Notes under the pieces: model-generated
Seen by the model: only the letters and a program-made list of their open reading frames with translations
Databases searched by the model: none
Told to the model about the DNA's origin: nothing
Origin: Macrostomum hystrix
Taxonomy: Eukaryota; Animalia; Platyhelminthes
Reading direction: 5' to 3'
Assembly: GCA_950097015.1 (NCBI GenBank)
Contig: CATNEN010000038.1
Location: forward strand, 35,154,001 to 35,218,000
Length of the DNA: 64,000 bases
Translations under genes and position numbers: made by a program
Shown: positions 11,829 to 25,800 of the stretch, one piece after another
Layout: the number at the start of each line of letters is the position of its first letter
Numbering within the stretch: the stretch's first letter is position 1

Positions 11829-14800
11829 TTACACCGGGTATACAAATCTCGGAGTGTCAACAAGTGCGACATGATCAGCAGGTCGCAATAGCTCGAATAT
11901 GATGATCTGTAAATGTCAAATGGGGATATTATTTCATCGACAGATGGCCTAAGATAAAAATGAATCAAAACGAAAAAAAAGTTGACTTCTAATGTAAATA
12001 TTTACCCAATTACTTTCTGCGACTATAATTTCTGGGCTTTTAAGAAGCTTAAAGCATTGCAGAGAATAACACTATCTTTATATATCTCTCTATTCATTTC
12101 CATTCACTCATTCGAATATTCTTAAAACCTGTCTGATAATATAATATTATGAACAGACATGACTAATCAGACTAAGAGAAAATTTACCCGGACAGTCAAA
12201 CCTACCAGACTGACAAACCTACCAGACTGACAAACCTACCAGACTGCCAAACCTACCAGACTGACAAACCTACCAGACTGCCAAACCTACCAGACTGAAA
12301 AACCTACCAGACTGCCAAACCTACCAGACTGCCAAACCTACCAGACTGCCAAACCTACCAGACTGACAAACCTACCAGACTGCCAAACCTACCAGACTGC
12401 CAAACCTACCAGACTGCCAAACCTACCAGACTGACAAACCTACCAGACTGACAAACCTACCAGACTGCCAAACCTACCAGACTGCCAAACCTACCAGACT
12501 GACAAACCTACCAGACTGCCAAACCTACCAGACTGTCAAACCTACCAGACTGTCAAACCTACCAGACTGACAAACCTACCAGACTGCCAAACCTACCAGA
12601 CTGCCAAACCTACCAGACTGCCAAACCTACCAGACTGCCAAACCTACCAGACTGCCAAACCTACCAGACTGACAAACCTACCAGACTGCCAAACCTACCA
12701 GACTGCCAAACCTACCAGACTGCCAAACCTACCAGACTGCCAAACCTACCAGACTGACAAACCTACCAGACTGCCAAACCTACCAGACTGCCAAACCTAC
12801 CAGACTGCCAAACCTACCTGAGTGCCAAACCTACCAGACTGCCAAACCTACCAGACTGCCAAACCTACCAGACTGTCAAACCTACCAGACTGACAAACCT
12901 ACCAGACTGCCAAACCTACCAGACTGCCAAACCTACCAGACTGACAAACCTACTTGACTGCCAAACCTACCTGAGTGCCAAACCTACCAGACTGCCAAAC
13001 CTACCAGACTGACAAACCTACCAGACTGTCAAACCTACCAGACTGACAAACCTACCAGACTGCCAAACCTACCAGACTGCCAAACCTACCAGACTGACAA
13101 ACCTACTTGACTGCCAAACCTACCAGACTGCCAAACCTACCAGACTGACAAACCTACCAGACTGCCAAACCTACCAGACTGCCAAACCTACCAGACTGCC
13201 AAACCTACCAGACTGACAAACCTACCAGACTGACAAACCTACCAGACTGCCAAACCTACCAGACTGCCAAACCTACCAGACTGACAAACCTACCAGACTG
13301 ACAAACCTACCAGACTGTCAAACCTACCAGACTGACAAACCTACCAGACTGCCAAACCTACCAGACTGCCAAACCTACCAGACTGACAAACCTACTTGAC
13401 TGCCAAACCTACCAGACTGCCAAACCTACCAGACTGACAAACCTACCAGACTGCCAAACCTACCAGACTGCCAAACCTACCAGACTGCCAAACCTACCAG
13501 ACTGACAAACCTACCAGACTGACAAACCTACCAGACTGCCAAACCTACCAGACTGACAAACCTACCAGACTGCCTAACCTACCAGACTGACAAACCTACC
13601 AGACTGACAAACCTACCAGACTGACAAACCTACCTGACTGACAAACCTACCAGACTGCCAAACCTACAAGACTGTCAAACCTACCAGACTGCCAAACCTA
13701 CCTGACTGACAAACCTACCAGACTGACAAACCTACCAGACTGACAAACCTACCAGACTGCCAAACCTACCAGACTGCCAAACCTACCAGACTGACAAACC
13801 TACTTGACTGCCAAACCTACCTGAGTGCCAAACCTACCAGACTGCCAAACCTACCAGACTGACAAACCTACCAGACTGTCAAACCTACCAGACTGACAAA
13901 CCTACCAGACTGCCAAACCTACCAGACTGCCAAACCTACCAGACTGACAAACCTACTTGACTGCCAAACCTACCAGACTGCCAAACCTACCAGACTGACA
14001 AACCTACCAGACTGCCAAACCTACCAGACTGCCAAACCTACCAGACTGCCAAACCTACCAGACTGACAAACCTACCAGACTGACAAACCTACCAGACTGC
14101 CAAACCTACCAGACTGCCAAACCTACCAGACTGACAAACCTACCAGACTGACAAACCTACCAGACTGTCAAACCTACCAGACTGACAAACCTACCAGACT
14201 GCCAAACCTACCAGACTGCCAAACCTACCAGACTGACAAACCTACTTGACTGCCAAACCTACCAGACTGCCAAACCTACCAGACTGACAAACCTACCAGA
14301 CTGCCAAACCTACCAGACTGCCAAACCTACCAGACTGCCAAACCTACCAGACTGACAAACCTACCAGACTGACAAACCTACCAGACTGCCAAACCTACCA
14401 GACTGACAAACCTACCAGACTGCCTAACCTACCAGACTGACAAACCTACCAGACTGACAAACCTACCAGACTGACAAACCTACCTGACTGACAAACCTAC
14501 CAGACTGCCAAACCTACAAGACTGTCAAACCTACCAGACTGCCAAACCTACCTGACTGACAAACCTACCAGACTGACAAACCTACCAGACTGACAAACCT
14601 ACCTGACTGCCAAACCTACCAGACAGTCAAGTTTGGACCAGACCATCCTACACAGTCTTCCGAACCTACCCAGTCTACCGAACCTACCCCAGTCTACCGA
14701 ACCTACTCCAGAATACCGAACCTACCCAGTCTACCGAACCTACCCAGTCTACCGAACCTACCCCAGTCTACCGAACCTACTCCAGAATACCGAACCAACG

Positions 14801-17800
14801 AGAAATCAAACCTCATTTTCTCCGTTTCGCAGCAGCGGAGCTGGTACATAGAGGGTCATCTGAGGCCCCGCCTCTGTCCAGTAGCGTCCCAGATTGAAGC
14901 CGTTAACAAATGCTACACCCTTACACCAAGCAGACATGTCTAGAAAAGTATCTGCAGTTGGGTCCCTGTCCAGTGTCAGCACCGCTCGATACAGTCCAGG
15001 CCGGTGCGTTGGCAAATCATTTGTCTTCGAAATTGGTAGCCAAGCGTTGCGCCTGACGGAGGCCTTGGCCATGAATGCGGAATCGAACCTCAGACTGTAC
15101 ATCTTGTAGCTGGGCACCGGTCGATCGTTAATGAGCAATCGGCCAACAGTCTGCAGGTGTTCCGCATTCACGGAATGCCAACTAGCCAGGCCTTTGCGCT
15201 GGGCGTTGGCTTCAATAGGCGACTGAAATCCGTCTGAGCCGGCACCGCCAGATGATCGACCCAGGCTTTCTACAAGAAGGTCTAGAGTGTTCCTGGTGTC
15301 AGTGTCAGCTGTGGCTGGCAGGATATGAGCTCGTTTCAAGCTCAGATGCCTCTGAGCCGGCTGCTGCTTCTGCACCTGTTGCTGTCGGTGATGCTGCTGG
15401 GGAATGGCACCTACAAGCAGGCCAGAGTTCGAATCCGCTGGGTCTGGCGGCTGGCCGTTAATTAGCACCTGCGAAAACCGCAACAGGTGAGATGTGTACA
15501 CAGTGCACAGAAAACTGTGTGAATAGAGCATAAATAAACTCACACCTGTCTAGTACTAGATGTGTGAACTGAATGGGTAGATGTGTGAACAGAATGGGAT
15601 AGATGTGTGAACTGAATGTGTAGATTTGTGAACGGAATGGGTAGATGTGTGAACAGAATGGGTAGATGTGTGAACAGAATGGGATAGATGTGTGAACTGA
15701 ATGTGTAGATTTGTGAACGGAATGGGTAGATGTGTGAACTGAATGTGTGGATTTGTGAACGGAATGGGTAGATGTGTGAACTGAATGGGTAGATGTGTGA
15801 ACGGAATGGGTAGATGTGTGAACTGAATGGGTAGATGTGTGAACAGAATGGGATAGGGAGCAAAGAACTTACCAGGCCCCAATCTGCAACGTATCCATCA
15901 ACGTTGACAACCTGGGCAGACCTGAAAGTTGATCTGTACACAATGAAACCGAAGCTCTGGTCAATGTCCTCCATGAATTTGGCAGTCTCGAACAGCTTCG
16001 GATCCTAAATCGTTGTTTCATGAATATAATTGACAGATTCAATGCAGTACAATTTTAGTCTTATAATTGTGAGTAGGAAAAAAGTGAACCACTCACCTCA
16101 ACAAGATTAATGAGCTCGGACCAACTTAGACTGGCGACAATGCTCAGATTTCCTGTATGAAAGATAATGTAACAATAGTGCGCTGGAATTTTTGGGATAA
16201 ACCACAGAAATGAGACTGGGGAGAGTTAAAATAGGGAAGAGATGAGATACGGGAGAGTTGAGACAGGGGAGAGATGAGACAGTGGAGAAATGAGACACGG
16301 GGAGATGAGACCTAATCAACGATAGGAACTGATGTACATTAGCTATGCCTAATCAGGGGACAGATGAGACAGGGGAGAGACGAGATAGGGGAGAGATGAG
16401 ACAGGGGAGAGATGAGACAGGGGAGAGATGAGACACGGGAGAGATGAGACAGGGGAGAGATGAGACACGGGAGAGATGAGACAGGGAGAGATGAGACAGG
16501 GGAGAGATGAGACAGGGGAGAGATGAGACAGTGGAGAAATGAGATACGGGAGAGTTGAGACCTAATCAACGATAGGAACTGATGTACATTAGCTAGACCT
16601 AATCAACGATAGGAACTGATGTACATTAGCTATGCCTAATCAACGATAGGAACTGATGTACATTAGCTATGCCTAATCAACGATAGGAACTGATGTACAT
16701 TAGCTATGCCTAATCAACGATAGGAACTGATGTACATTAGCTATGCCTAATCAGGGGACAGATGAGACAGGGGAGAGACGAGATAGGGGAGAGATGAGTC
16801 AGGGGAGAGATGAGACAGGGGAGAGATGAGACACGGGAGAGATGAGACAGGGGAGAGATGAGACACGGGAGAGATGAGACAGGGGAGAGATGAGACAGGG
16901 GAGAGATGAGACAGGGGAGAGATGAGACACGGGAGAGATGAGACAGGGGAGAGATGAGACAGGGGAGAGATGAGACACGGGAGAGATGAGACACGGGAGA
17001 GATGAGACACGGGAGAGATGAGACACGGGAGAGATGAGACACGGGAGAGATGAGACACGGGAGAGATGAGACACGGGAGAGATGAGACACGGGAGAGATG
17101 AGACACGGGAGAGATGAGACACGGGAGAGATGAGACACGGGAGAGATGAGACACGGGAGAGTTAAGACAGGGGAAAGATGAGACAGGGAAGAGATGAGAC
17201 AGGGAAGAGATGAGACAAGGGAGAGATGAGACAGCGGAGAGATGAGACAGCGGAGAGATGAGACAGGGAAGAGATAAGACGCTGGGAGAGATGAAACAGG
17301 GGAGAGATGAGACAGGAAAGAGATGAGAGGCAGGGAGAGATGAGACACAGGGAGAGATGAGACACAGGGGAGAGATGAGACAGGGAGAGATGAGACAGGG
17401 GAGAGATGAGACATGTAAGGCAGGCGTGCTCCTTGGGGAGACTGTGGCTAATCAATAATGGGACCGCAAGTCGCAGACCGTAGGCCATGACTTTGCCAGC
17501 CGTGCCAATTGGTGATTTCAGCTCGGACTCAGCTCGCAGTCGGTCAGCCAGCCCGTTGACTCCGTCAGGTTTGGTTTGATTTTCCATCGCCATGGTAACA
17601 GCAGCGGCTATTAGTCGATACTTATCCGTAGTCCGGCTGCCCCATTCGGTCACGGGGCTGTCCCAGTCGTGACTAGTTGCCACTAATCTGGCGCCTAGGA
17701 AGCCAAAATTGGTGCCCCCGTTGAACATGTGTACACACAGGCTAGCTCGCATAGGTCCCAACAGTTTTCTAATTAGGTCAGCCAGAGCGTCCGGCCTGAT

Positions 17801-20800
17801 CACGTCTGTGCGATCCAGGGCGCCCCAGGTCAGGTGACCGCCTGACCAGAGCTCGGACACAAAAATTGGCAGATTGCGATCCCAGGCCTAGGTGAAAAAC
17901 GTTTGAAGTCAGAATTATGAAAATTACATTGAAGCGTAATGACACAAGACAATGTCACGAAACACAGATGACGTCACAAGAAACAGATGACGTCACAAGA
18001 CACAGACAGATGACGTCACAAGAAACAGATGACGTCACATGACACAGATAACGTGACAAGGCATAGATAACGTGACAAGAAACAGACGCTGTCACAATAC
18101 ACAGATAATGTCACAAGACACACGACGTTAAAAGACACAGGCGACGCCACAATACACAGATAACGTCACAAGACACAGATAACGTCACAAGACACAGATA
18201 ACGTCACAAGACACAGATAACGTCACAAGACACAGATAACGTCACAAGAAACAGACGACGTCACAAGAAACAGACGACGTCAAAAGACACAGACGACGCC
18301 ACAATACACAGATAACGTCACAAGACAGACGATGTTACAAGACACAGATGACATCACGAGACACAGATAACGTCACAATACACAGATAACGTCCCAAGAC
18401 AGACGATGTTACAAGACACAGATGACGTCACGAGACACAGATAACGTCACAATACACAGACGACGTCACAAGACGCAGATGACATCTAAAGACAAAGTTA
18501 AGGTAGAAGAAGAATCCGAGGTTATAAGAAATAAGAAGACACGAAAAGAAGACAAGGTCACAAGAAGAAGTAAATGTCAAATGACAATGTTTAAGTTCAC
18601 ACACGACGAACCTAGGGGGGGGGGTCACAAAACATACTCAAGGTCAAAGGACGCAAGGATCAGGGGAATCGGTCAAGGTCACAAGGCAGTCAATGTCACG
18701 TGACTAGAGAAATTGTCGAGAAGTCAATAGCACGTGGACTAATATTTTAACAGGCAGTTGCTAACCTGCAACTGTGAGATCATCCGGCGACCCTCAAGGG
18801 CTCGATTGAAATTGATGCCGACAAAGTCGCCTTCTAGTCGGCGATGCCGACCGATACCATCAGCGGACTCGCTGGCGTAGAACGCCTCTCTGGCGCCGTA
18901 CTTGCGCAGTGTGGCGCGCAGAAAGTGCAAATACTGCCAACTGTCCCCAAAGCTGCCGTACTCATGCTCAACCTGTATGGCTATGATGGGGCCATTGCCA
19001 GCTGCCGAGGCCTGCAGATCAGCCAGTTGGTGCATCAACACCTGATAATAGCTGTCCACTGCCATGGTGAAGCCCATGTACATGCTACGTACACGCATGT
19101 TCGCGTCCTTCAGTAGCCATCTAAACAAATGGCATGAGATTGGGAGCCTTCAGGGAAGTGAAACTTCAGGCAAGTGAAACTTCAGGCAAGTGAAACTTCA
19201 GGGAAATGAAACTTCAGGCAAGTGAAACTTCAGGCAAGTGAAACTTCAGGCAAGTGAAACTTTAGGGAAATGAAACTTCAGGCAAGTGAAACTTCAGGCA
19301 AGTGAAACTTCAGGGAAATGAAACTTCAGGCAAGTGAAACTTCAGGCAAGTGAAACTTTAGGAAAGTGAAACTTCAGGCAAGTGAAAGTTCAGGCAACTG
19401 AAACTTCAGGGAAGTAAAGCTTCAGGGAAGTGAAACTTCAGGGAAGTAAGGCTTCAGGGAAGTGAAACTTCAGGAGGAAAGTGAAACTTCAGGCAAGTGA
19501 AACTTCAGGGAAGTGAAACTTCAGGGAAGTGAAACTTCAGGCAAATGAAAGTTCAGGCAACTGAAACTTCAGGGAAGTAAAGCTTCAGGGAAGTGAAACT
19601 TCAGGAAAGTGAAGCTTCAGGGAAGTGAAACTTTTGGGATTTGAACTTCAGCGAATTAAAAGTTCAGGGAAGTGAAAATTTCGAGGAAGCAATAAAATTT
19701 CTTAATTCACATAAAAGAAGTGTAAATCTGAGGAAAAATTCGCTCACCCCGGCAATCCGCCAAAGTCGATCTGGGAACCAACGAACGGTCCCAGTCTGAG
19801 AATGACGTGAAGTCCAACCGACTGTGCCAGTTTGATAAACTTCCTGTAAATAAAAACCAAATGGCATTAAAATAAAATTTTAATTTTAATTATAATTTTT
19901 AATTCTTTACTCACCTAACATTAAAATCGCCATGAAAGTTGAAGCTTCCTTTAGTCTTCTCGTGCAAATTCCATGGAATGCAGCTAGTTGAAATAAAAAA
20001 AAATATCATTTCGTTTTGGCAACAGTCTACTAACAGTAGAAACAAAAACATTTTTTGCCAAATTTTATTCACTCACGTGTCAACAGTGTTGAAGCCGGCC
20101 GCTTTGAGCAGCAGAAGGCGGTGGCGCCAGTACTTGCGGTGCACTCGAAAGTAGTGAATTGTGCCAGAGATTATCTGCAGAGGCCGGCCTTTCAGGTAGA
20201 ATTGCCGATTTTTGTAGCTTAGGCTGGGCTGTTTTTAAAAGAGTAACATACTAACATAGAGAATTTGTCAAGAAATGAAAGTTAGCTTTCTATTAGTAAC
20301 AAAATGCAAATATCAAGGTACAAAATTAAAAAGTATCACGTTGAAAGTCACCAGAAAAAATAGTTTAAGTCTTTGTATACTTGTATGACAGTATTTTATA
20401 TATTTTAGACATTATAGAATTTGCAAATATTTAGACATTATTCAATTTATTTAAAAAAATTCAAGTTAATAGGCCTACATAAATCTAAAACTCAGGTATA
20501 CTTCTGAATGTATGCACGAGTCTAAAATTAACTCATGAGAAAAAAAACTTTTTTACAAGTTTTTGAACAAATATCTTCAAGCTCATGAAACTTTAATAGG
20601 GAAAGGAAAAATAATTGAAATGAATAGTTCTTAATCCAGTACAAAATGATGGCCAATTTCAGAAGTTTTAGGGCATAGTCTCAGTACACTTGAAATACTG
20701 CATCAACAAATAGAAATACTGCATCAGTCAATTGAACTACAGCATCAATCAATTGAACTACAGCATCAATCAATTGAACTATAGCATCAATCAATTGAAA

Positions 20801-21303
20801 TACTGCATCAATCAATTGAAATACTGCATCAATCAATTGAAATACTGCATCAATCAATTGAAATACTGCATCAATCAATTGAAATACTGCATCAATCCAT
20901 TGTTCTATGTAGGCCTATCCATGACCATGGCACAAAATTAGGAAATTCCATGGCAAACAATAAAACTATAAAGTCATTTAAAGCTAATATATCGATTTAT
21001 TATTAAGTTGATAATTAATATTATCTTCTGCAAACAGCTACATGACTAAAATAGTTATACCTTGGATTTCATCATCATTGTTTTTTACAAATAGGTTAGA
21101 TTGACAGCAAATTCAATAATGTCAGACAAAAGTATAATAAGCAATTGTCTTACCTGATCTGCTGCCAATTCTTTGCTCAGTGGAAAACCATCATTTATTA
21201 AGTCTGTGTAGTCCACATAAATAAAGAGCAAACCAAACAATAAAACTAGAAATAGAAAAGTCCATGCAATTCGATTGTATCGAAATCTTATTGGATTACT
21301 CAT
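11829..21303 (-). CDS. Glycoside hydrolase family 35 beta-galactosidase-like protein (GLB1-like), N-terminal signal anchor; 10 exons, ~717 aa
   Basis: Exons 21303-21154, 20228-20077, 19983-19915, 19843-19748, 19120-18766, 17887-17479, 16152-16097, 16004-15873, 15468-14812, 11906-11829; all GT-AG and frame-consistent. Motifs: ISGTIHYFRV, AAGFNTV, PWNLHE, DFGGLPGWL, GPIIAIQVEHEYGS, SELWSG, MFNGGTNFG, KGVAFVNGFNLGRYW, GPQMTLYVP, GENEIIIFE. Confidence 0.92.
12190..14630. repeat. 17-bp minisatellite (AAACCTACCAGACTGMC) in the last GH35 intron
   Basis: About 143 units with an 850-bp higher-order duplication; followed by a related ~18-bp array (CGAACCTACCCAGTCTAC) to ~14795. Confidence 0.97.
15558..15855. 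repeat. 22-bp intronic minisatellite (GTAGATGTGTGAACTGAATGG)
   Basis: About 13 units filling GH35 intron 8. Confidence 0.93.
16215..17415. repeat. 16-bp minisatellite (GAGATGAGACACGGGA), interrupted by a 37-bp array (CTAATCAACGATAGGAACTGATGTACATTAGCTATGC, ~16560-16750)
   Basis: Same unit as the array inside the hAT MITE at 47363 and the arrays at 51250 and 61870. Confidence 0.95.
17940..18490. repeat. 19-bp intronic minisatellite (GACACAGATAACGTCACAA)
   Basis: Degenerate tandem units in GH35 intron 5. Confidence 0.9.
19148..19680. repeat. 16-bp intronic minisatellite (GTGAAACTTCAGGSAA)
   Basis: About 33 units in GH35 intron 4. Confidence 0.93.
20690..20897. repeat. 21-bp intronic minisatellite (AATTGAAATACTGCATCAATC)
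   Basis: About 10 units in GH35 intron 1. Confidence 0.92.
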
Positions 21304-22829
21304 TGCTTAGAGTGACTCATGTGTCATGTAGGCCTACGAAGCATCAGGTATGAAAAAAAACTTTGCTAGCTAGTACGATCGAAACACTTTTAATGTTAGG
21401 CCTAAATCTTCCAAGAATGCAAGAAGGCCGAACTATAATTATAAGACTCACTAGCTAGTAAAAAGTCCAAAAACTATAAAACCCTGTCTCGTTTGACTGA
21501 TTTATTGATTTAATATTTATTTAAAGTCTAATATTAAGGGTCAGAACTTATAAATTTTTCCTTTTTCTTGCTTATACTTGATATCTAGCAACTTGTAACT
21601 TGCAGATGCAGTTGTAAATGTTAATGCAGACTTTAAAATGTTAGAAACGTTGTTTCAAAATACCGTCTTGCTATAAATTTTAGAGATATATGTTAGTTGG
21701 TTTCCAGGAATGAACATTAACTAGACAAAAGTCCATTAGTAAGTCTTAACTCTAAAGCATAAAAGGCAACTGGCAACATAAAGGACAATAAGTAGAAAAT
21801 GCAGAAGGAACGTTTCTAAGAAAAAATGAAGATTAAATATCCTACATCAAATACGATCAGTCTACTAAACGGAAGTCATTTTTAATTCCGGAATATTATA
21901 TTAAGTGCTATATTAAGAGCTTGATGACCATTTATCAGGCTGTATCTGGAAAATGAAGGTTTACTATTTGCAGCTGAATATTAGCTCGTAGCTTAAGCCC
22001 CTGTGCTACTATGTAGTAACATAAATTAGATTTCGAATTCCAGAAAATTTCTTATTATGCTTATACATATAATGCTTTATGCAGAGATAACTAAGCTCTA
22101 TAAATATTCGATAATCAAACTTTTTATTTCCAAAGCAATTTCGATATTACTTAGACGCATCATTGAATTCCGTGCCGGGCGACATCAAGCGCATTTTAGA
22201 GGCGCTGACCGACAGACGCTTCGACGCTGCGAACTTTTTAATTCGTCTACCTCGGCGGTTGCTGGTTACCTAATTTGATGGTCGCACCCATGCAGGCTCT
22301 GTTGTGTTGTAGCTGTGAGGTTGTAGCTGTGAGGTGCTGTGAGGAGCAAAATAAGATCCGCAAAATAAGAAGCTGATGAAGAAGTATTGTTCGGATGATT
22401 CTTATGACGTCAGCCCTTTCAAGGACTAATTGTCGTGGCAATTTTTTATAATTGAATTGCATAAATCTAGATATATATAATTCACTAAATTGATAGGAAG
22501 TTCGGGATAGAGTTTTATGCTTACATGTGCTCATGTCTGAATAGTTCTGAAAATGGCCAATCAGTTAATTACATTGATCCTTCAATTACTGATCTCTGTT
22601 TTTTATTATAACTATAGGATAAACTATAGCCAAACAGACAGGCCTAATAATGTGCAGCAAATGACAATTAACAGAGCCGAGCAGGAATGTAATCAGGTGC
22701 CATCTGTCTGTGAATTTCATAATTATAACGGCCCTTTGAACTGCATACATATAAAAATCATGTATCGGGGGCTCAATTACAAAATTTCGATCGTTGCTGA
22801 GATCCATTTCATTCGGTATACTGTTAAAA

Positions 22830-25800
22830 ATGCGATTCTGCAACTTTATTATTCAGTTTCTTCTGCCCGTGTGTTTCACTATCTCATTATTCGACAGTCT
22901 TGGAGCGAAGGTAGATGCCGCAGACTTGTTTGACACTAGACAGGTGGTAAATGTGCTATCAATCACGGCCAACGACTCAGTCTTCGTAGCTGACCCAGAC
23001 TACCTGGCCTATTCGTTCGACTACGTCAAATACAATCTGTCTAGTCTGTTTCCAACGTTTCAAATGAACTACACCACGATATTGACTGACGGAGTGAGGA
23101 CAATGTTTTTTTATTTGTCAATTAAAATACAGTTTCTAATTTATGCATGAAAACATGTATGAAACGATATATATTCCAAAGTATGGAACTTGAATGGAAC
23201 TCGTATGGAACTTGAATGGAACTCGTATGGAATTTATTGTATGGAACTCGTATGGAATTTGTATGGAGCTCGTGTGGAACTCGTATGGAATTTGCATGGA
23301 GCTCGTGTGGAACTTGTATGGAATTAGTATGGAGCTCGTGTGGAACTCGTATGGAATTTGTATGGAGCTCGTGTGGAACTTGTATGGAATTTGTATGGAG
23401 CTTATTGTATGGAACTCGTGTGGAACTTGTATGGAATTTGTATGGAGCTTATTGTATGGAACTCGTATGGAACTTGTATGGAATTTGTATGGAGCTTATT
23501 GTATGGAACTCGTATGGAACTTCAATCGACTTAACTGACTTTACTGAGTTAACTGAGTTAACTGAGTTAACTGAGTTTAACGACGCGGTGATCACAAAAT
23601 GTGAACTTGTATACTCATGTCCGATTGAATAGACGAAGAAATGAAAGGCCATCTGAAGACCGACATCCTTACCTAATTTCAGTCATAGACTTTGGCACTT
23701 TGGCACATGTCGAATAGGACGTAAATCTATGCATAGAAACTAGTAGAAAGCTGCCGTAATTGAAATTCATCAAATCCTCCTGATTGCCATTCCAGCAAGG
23801 CTCCGGCAGCGCCTCCAAGGCCTTTATCGATGGCTATCTGAGCCCGCCGAACAAGGCCTTGATCTTGGGCGCCGGCTATTCGCATCAGTCGGCGCTGATT
23901 GCCGATGTTGGCAAATACTATTTCATCCCGCAGGTGAGTGGGCCTGTTTGCCGCAAATAAAACTCAACTGCGGTTGGCGATAACTCAACAAACGATAGTT
24001 TTTTAATTGGGAACGCATGCAGCAAATGACATTCTGGCAAAGTTCGTCTTTATAATCGACTAAATAGTCGAATTAAATCTGTAATTTTTATGGATTAAGA
24101 TAACAGCAGCAGCAATTGCGCTAACCATTGCATTTCAGTCCATGGACACACCACACTCAGTTACCCACTTCGAAACAATTCAGAATTAAGTTTTTTCCCA
24201 TAAGTACACAAATGGTTCCAGTACACTGGGAATCGAACCCCCGACCTTTAAGTCGTGAGCCCGACGCTCTAACCAAAAGGTTAAAACCAAATTTTCAAAA
24301 AAGATCAAAAGCATCAAATTCGTGTAAAAAATGCTTCCATCATTGCAATTCGAGTTCTTCAAGGTTTGAAGTTTATTAAAAGCATGACTGAAATGAAACT
24401 CTATATATACTCGCATTATCACTGCGAGAGAGTCACACAATTTTTGTTTGTTCAAATTATATCCGGCCTCAAAGCTTCTTGCGGCTTCTTGCGTCAGTGC
24501 ACTCTGAATCGGTAAACACAGGTGTAGTCCCGATGACCGTGATTGCTCAGCACTTCTAGCAGTATGTATCGAAATTGTATGGCCTCCGTCGTAGACGACA
24601 ACTGGAAAGTCTGAGTCGGCGGGCCGTGCTCGGCGTCGAAGGCAAAACAGGCCAGCTTCACTTGCGACTTCAAATCGCATTTCCGTGCGAGCCCGAACAC
24701 GCAAAATTGCTTCGGGGCACTCGCCACGGAGCCATTGTGCAGCTGATGCCGGCTGACATGGTCCATGGTGACCGCCAACACTCGAACTGGTCGACTCAGC
24801 TGGATGAGTAGCCGACCTGGGAACCCGGTGAACGACCAGCAGTCGCCGGGCTGCAGTAGCGAAGCCGCGCCACCGGCCAGCACGATGTCGGGATTCGGCA
24901 GGCCGAGCCACCAGTGCCACAGCGTCTGTCGCCAGTCTTTGCTCTTGCAGCCTCCGTTACAACGAATTACAGAAGCGCCGCTACTCCTCTGAGCATAATT
25001 CGGCACGAGGTCAGCCCAAACAATTTTGCCCGGCTTTGAGCCAGTTTGGCTAAAAAGTTCTCCAATCTGATCAATGCGAGTTCGAATTCCTTTATCGGCG
25101 TAGTCGACTTTGCTGCACTTGTTTTTCAAGCGCTCGTTGAGGTCGGCTATTCGCTGCTCCAGCCTGACAATCGACAAATGCAGCTGGCTCACGCTTGGCC
25201 GGTTCTGCTCCGGCTGATTCTCTCGCCCAGTCCGTTGAGCGGTGTCCAACGCTGGTGTAGTTGGCGCCGGCTCGGACCTTGGTTAATTTTATATTGGTTT
25301 ATTAGCTGGGCGATTTCAAAGCGATTTAGATATAATTAAAGAGAAATTATATAATTTCAGGGGGGATCAAGGAGGCAATTCTGCCCATTTCGCTGACTCC
25401 TGAGCACACGCTCACAGATACCGTACGCAGGCACACGCTCACACAGGTGTGTACATCTGCCCTGACTTTCTCATCTTCAAGGCAGTGTACACCCTCACTG
25501 TGACTTGGAGGTTGGCCCTCAAGGGCGCAAATTGTACGACAAGCCCCCAAGCCTTCTGCGTCCCAAATGAATGTGGCCTCGCCGCGAAATCGAGCTCAGG
25601 TACCTTGGCGTGAGAGTCAAACTCGTTGGACCGCTCTGTCACTTTACGTCGAGATTTAGGAATCACAATCTGTACAATCTGTACTGTACAGGCGATTACA
25701 ATCTGTAATAAAGCACTTACTGAAGCTGCTCAACAGAGAAGGACCTGTTTTCAATGCCCGCTTTAAAGTAAGCCATCGCGCAAAGGCATAAAAATATCGC

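Noticed and set aside
14806-14811. GH35 gene ending at the TGA at 14806
   Set aside because: A downstream exon (11906-11829, IIIFE...VDTP) completes the GH35 C-terminal motif, so this is more likely a donor site.
24210-24283. Functional tRNA gene (also 43230-43305, 56250-56318 and the SINE heads)
   Set aside because: A/B boxes are present but acceptor and anticodon stems do not pair; better explained as SINE heads.
24186-24920. 244-aa alternative-frame ORF overlapping the SUN exon
   Set aside because: Shadow ORF of GC-rich coding DNA with no recognisable motifs; the same applies to 2337-3038 and 557-1049.
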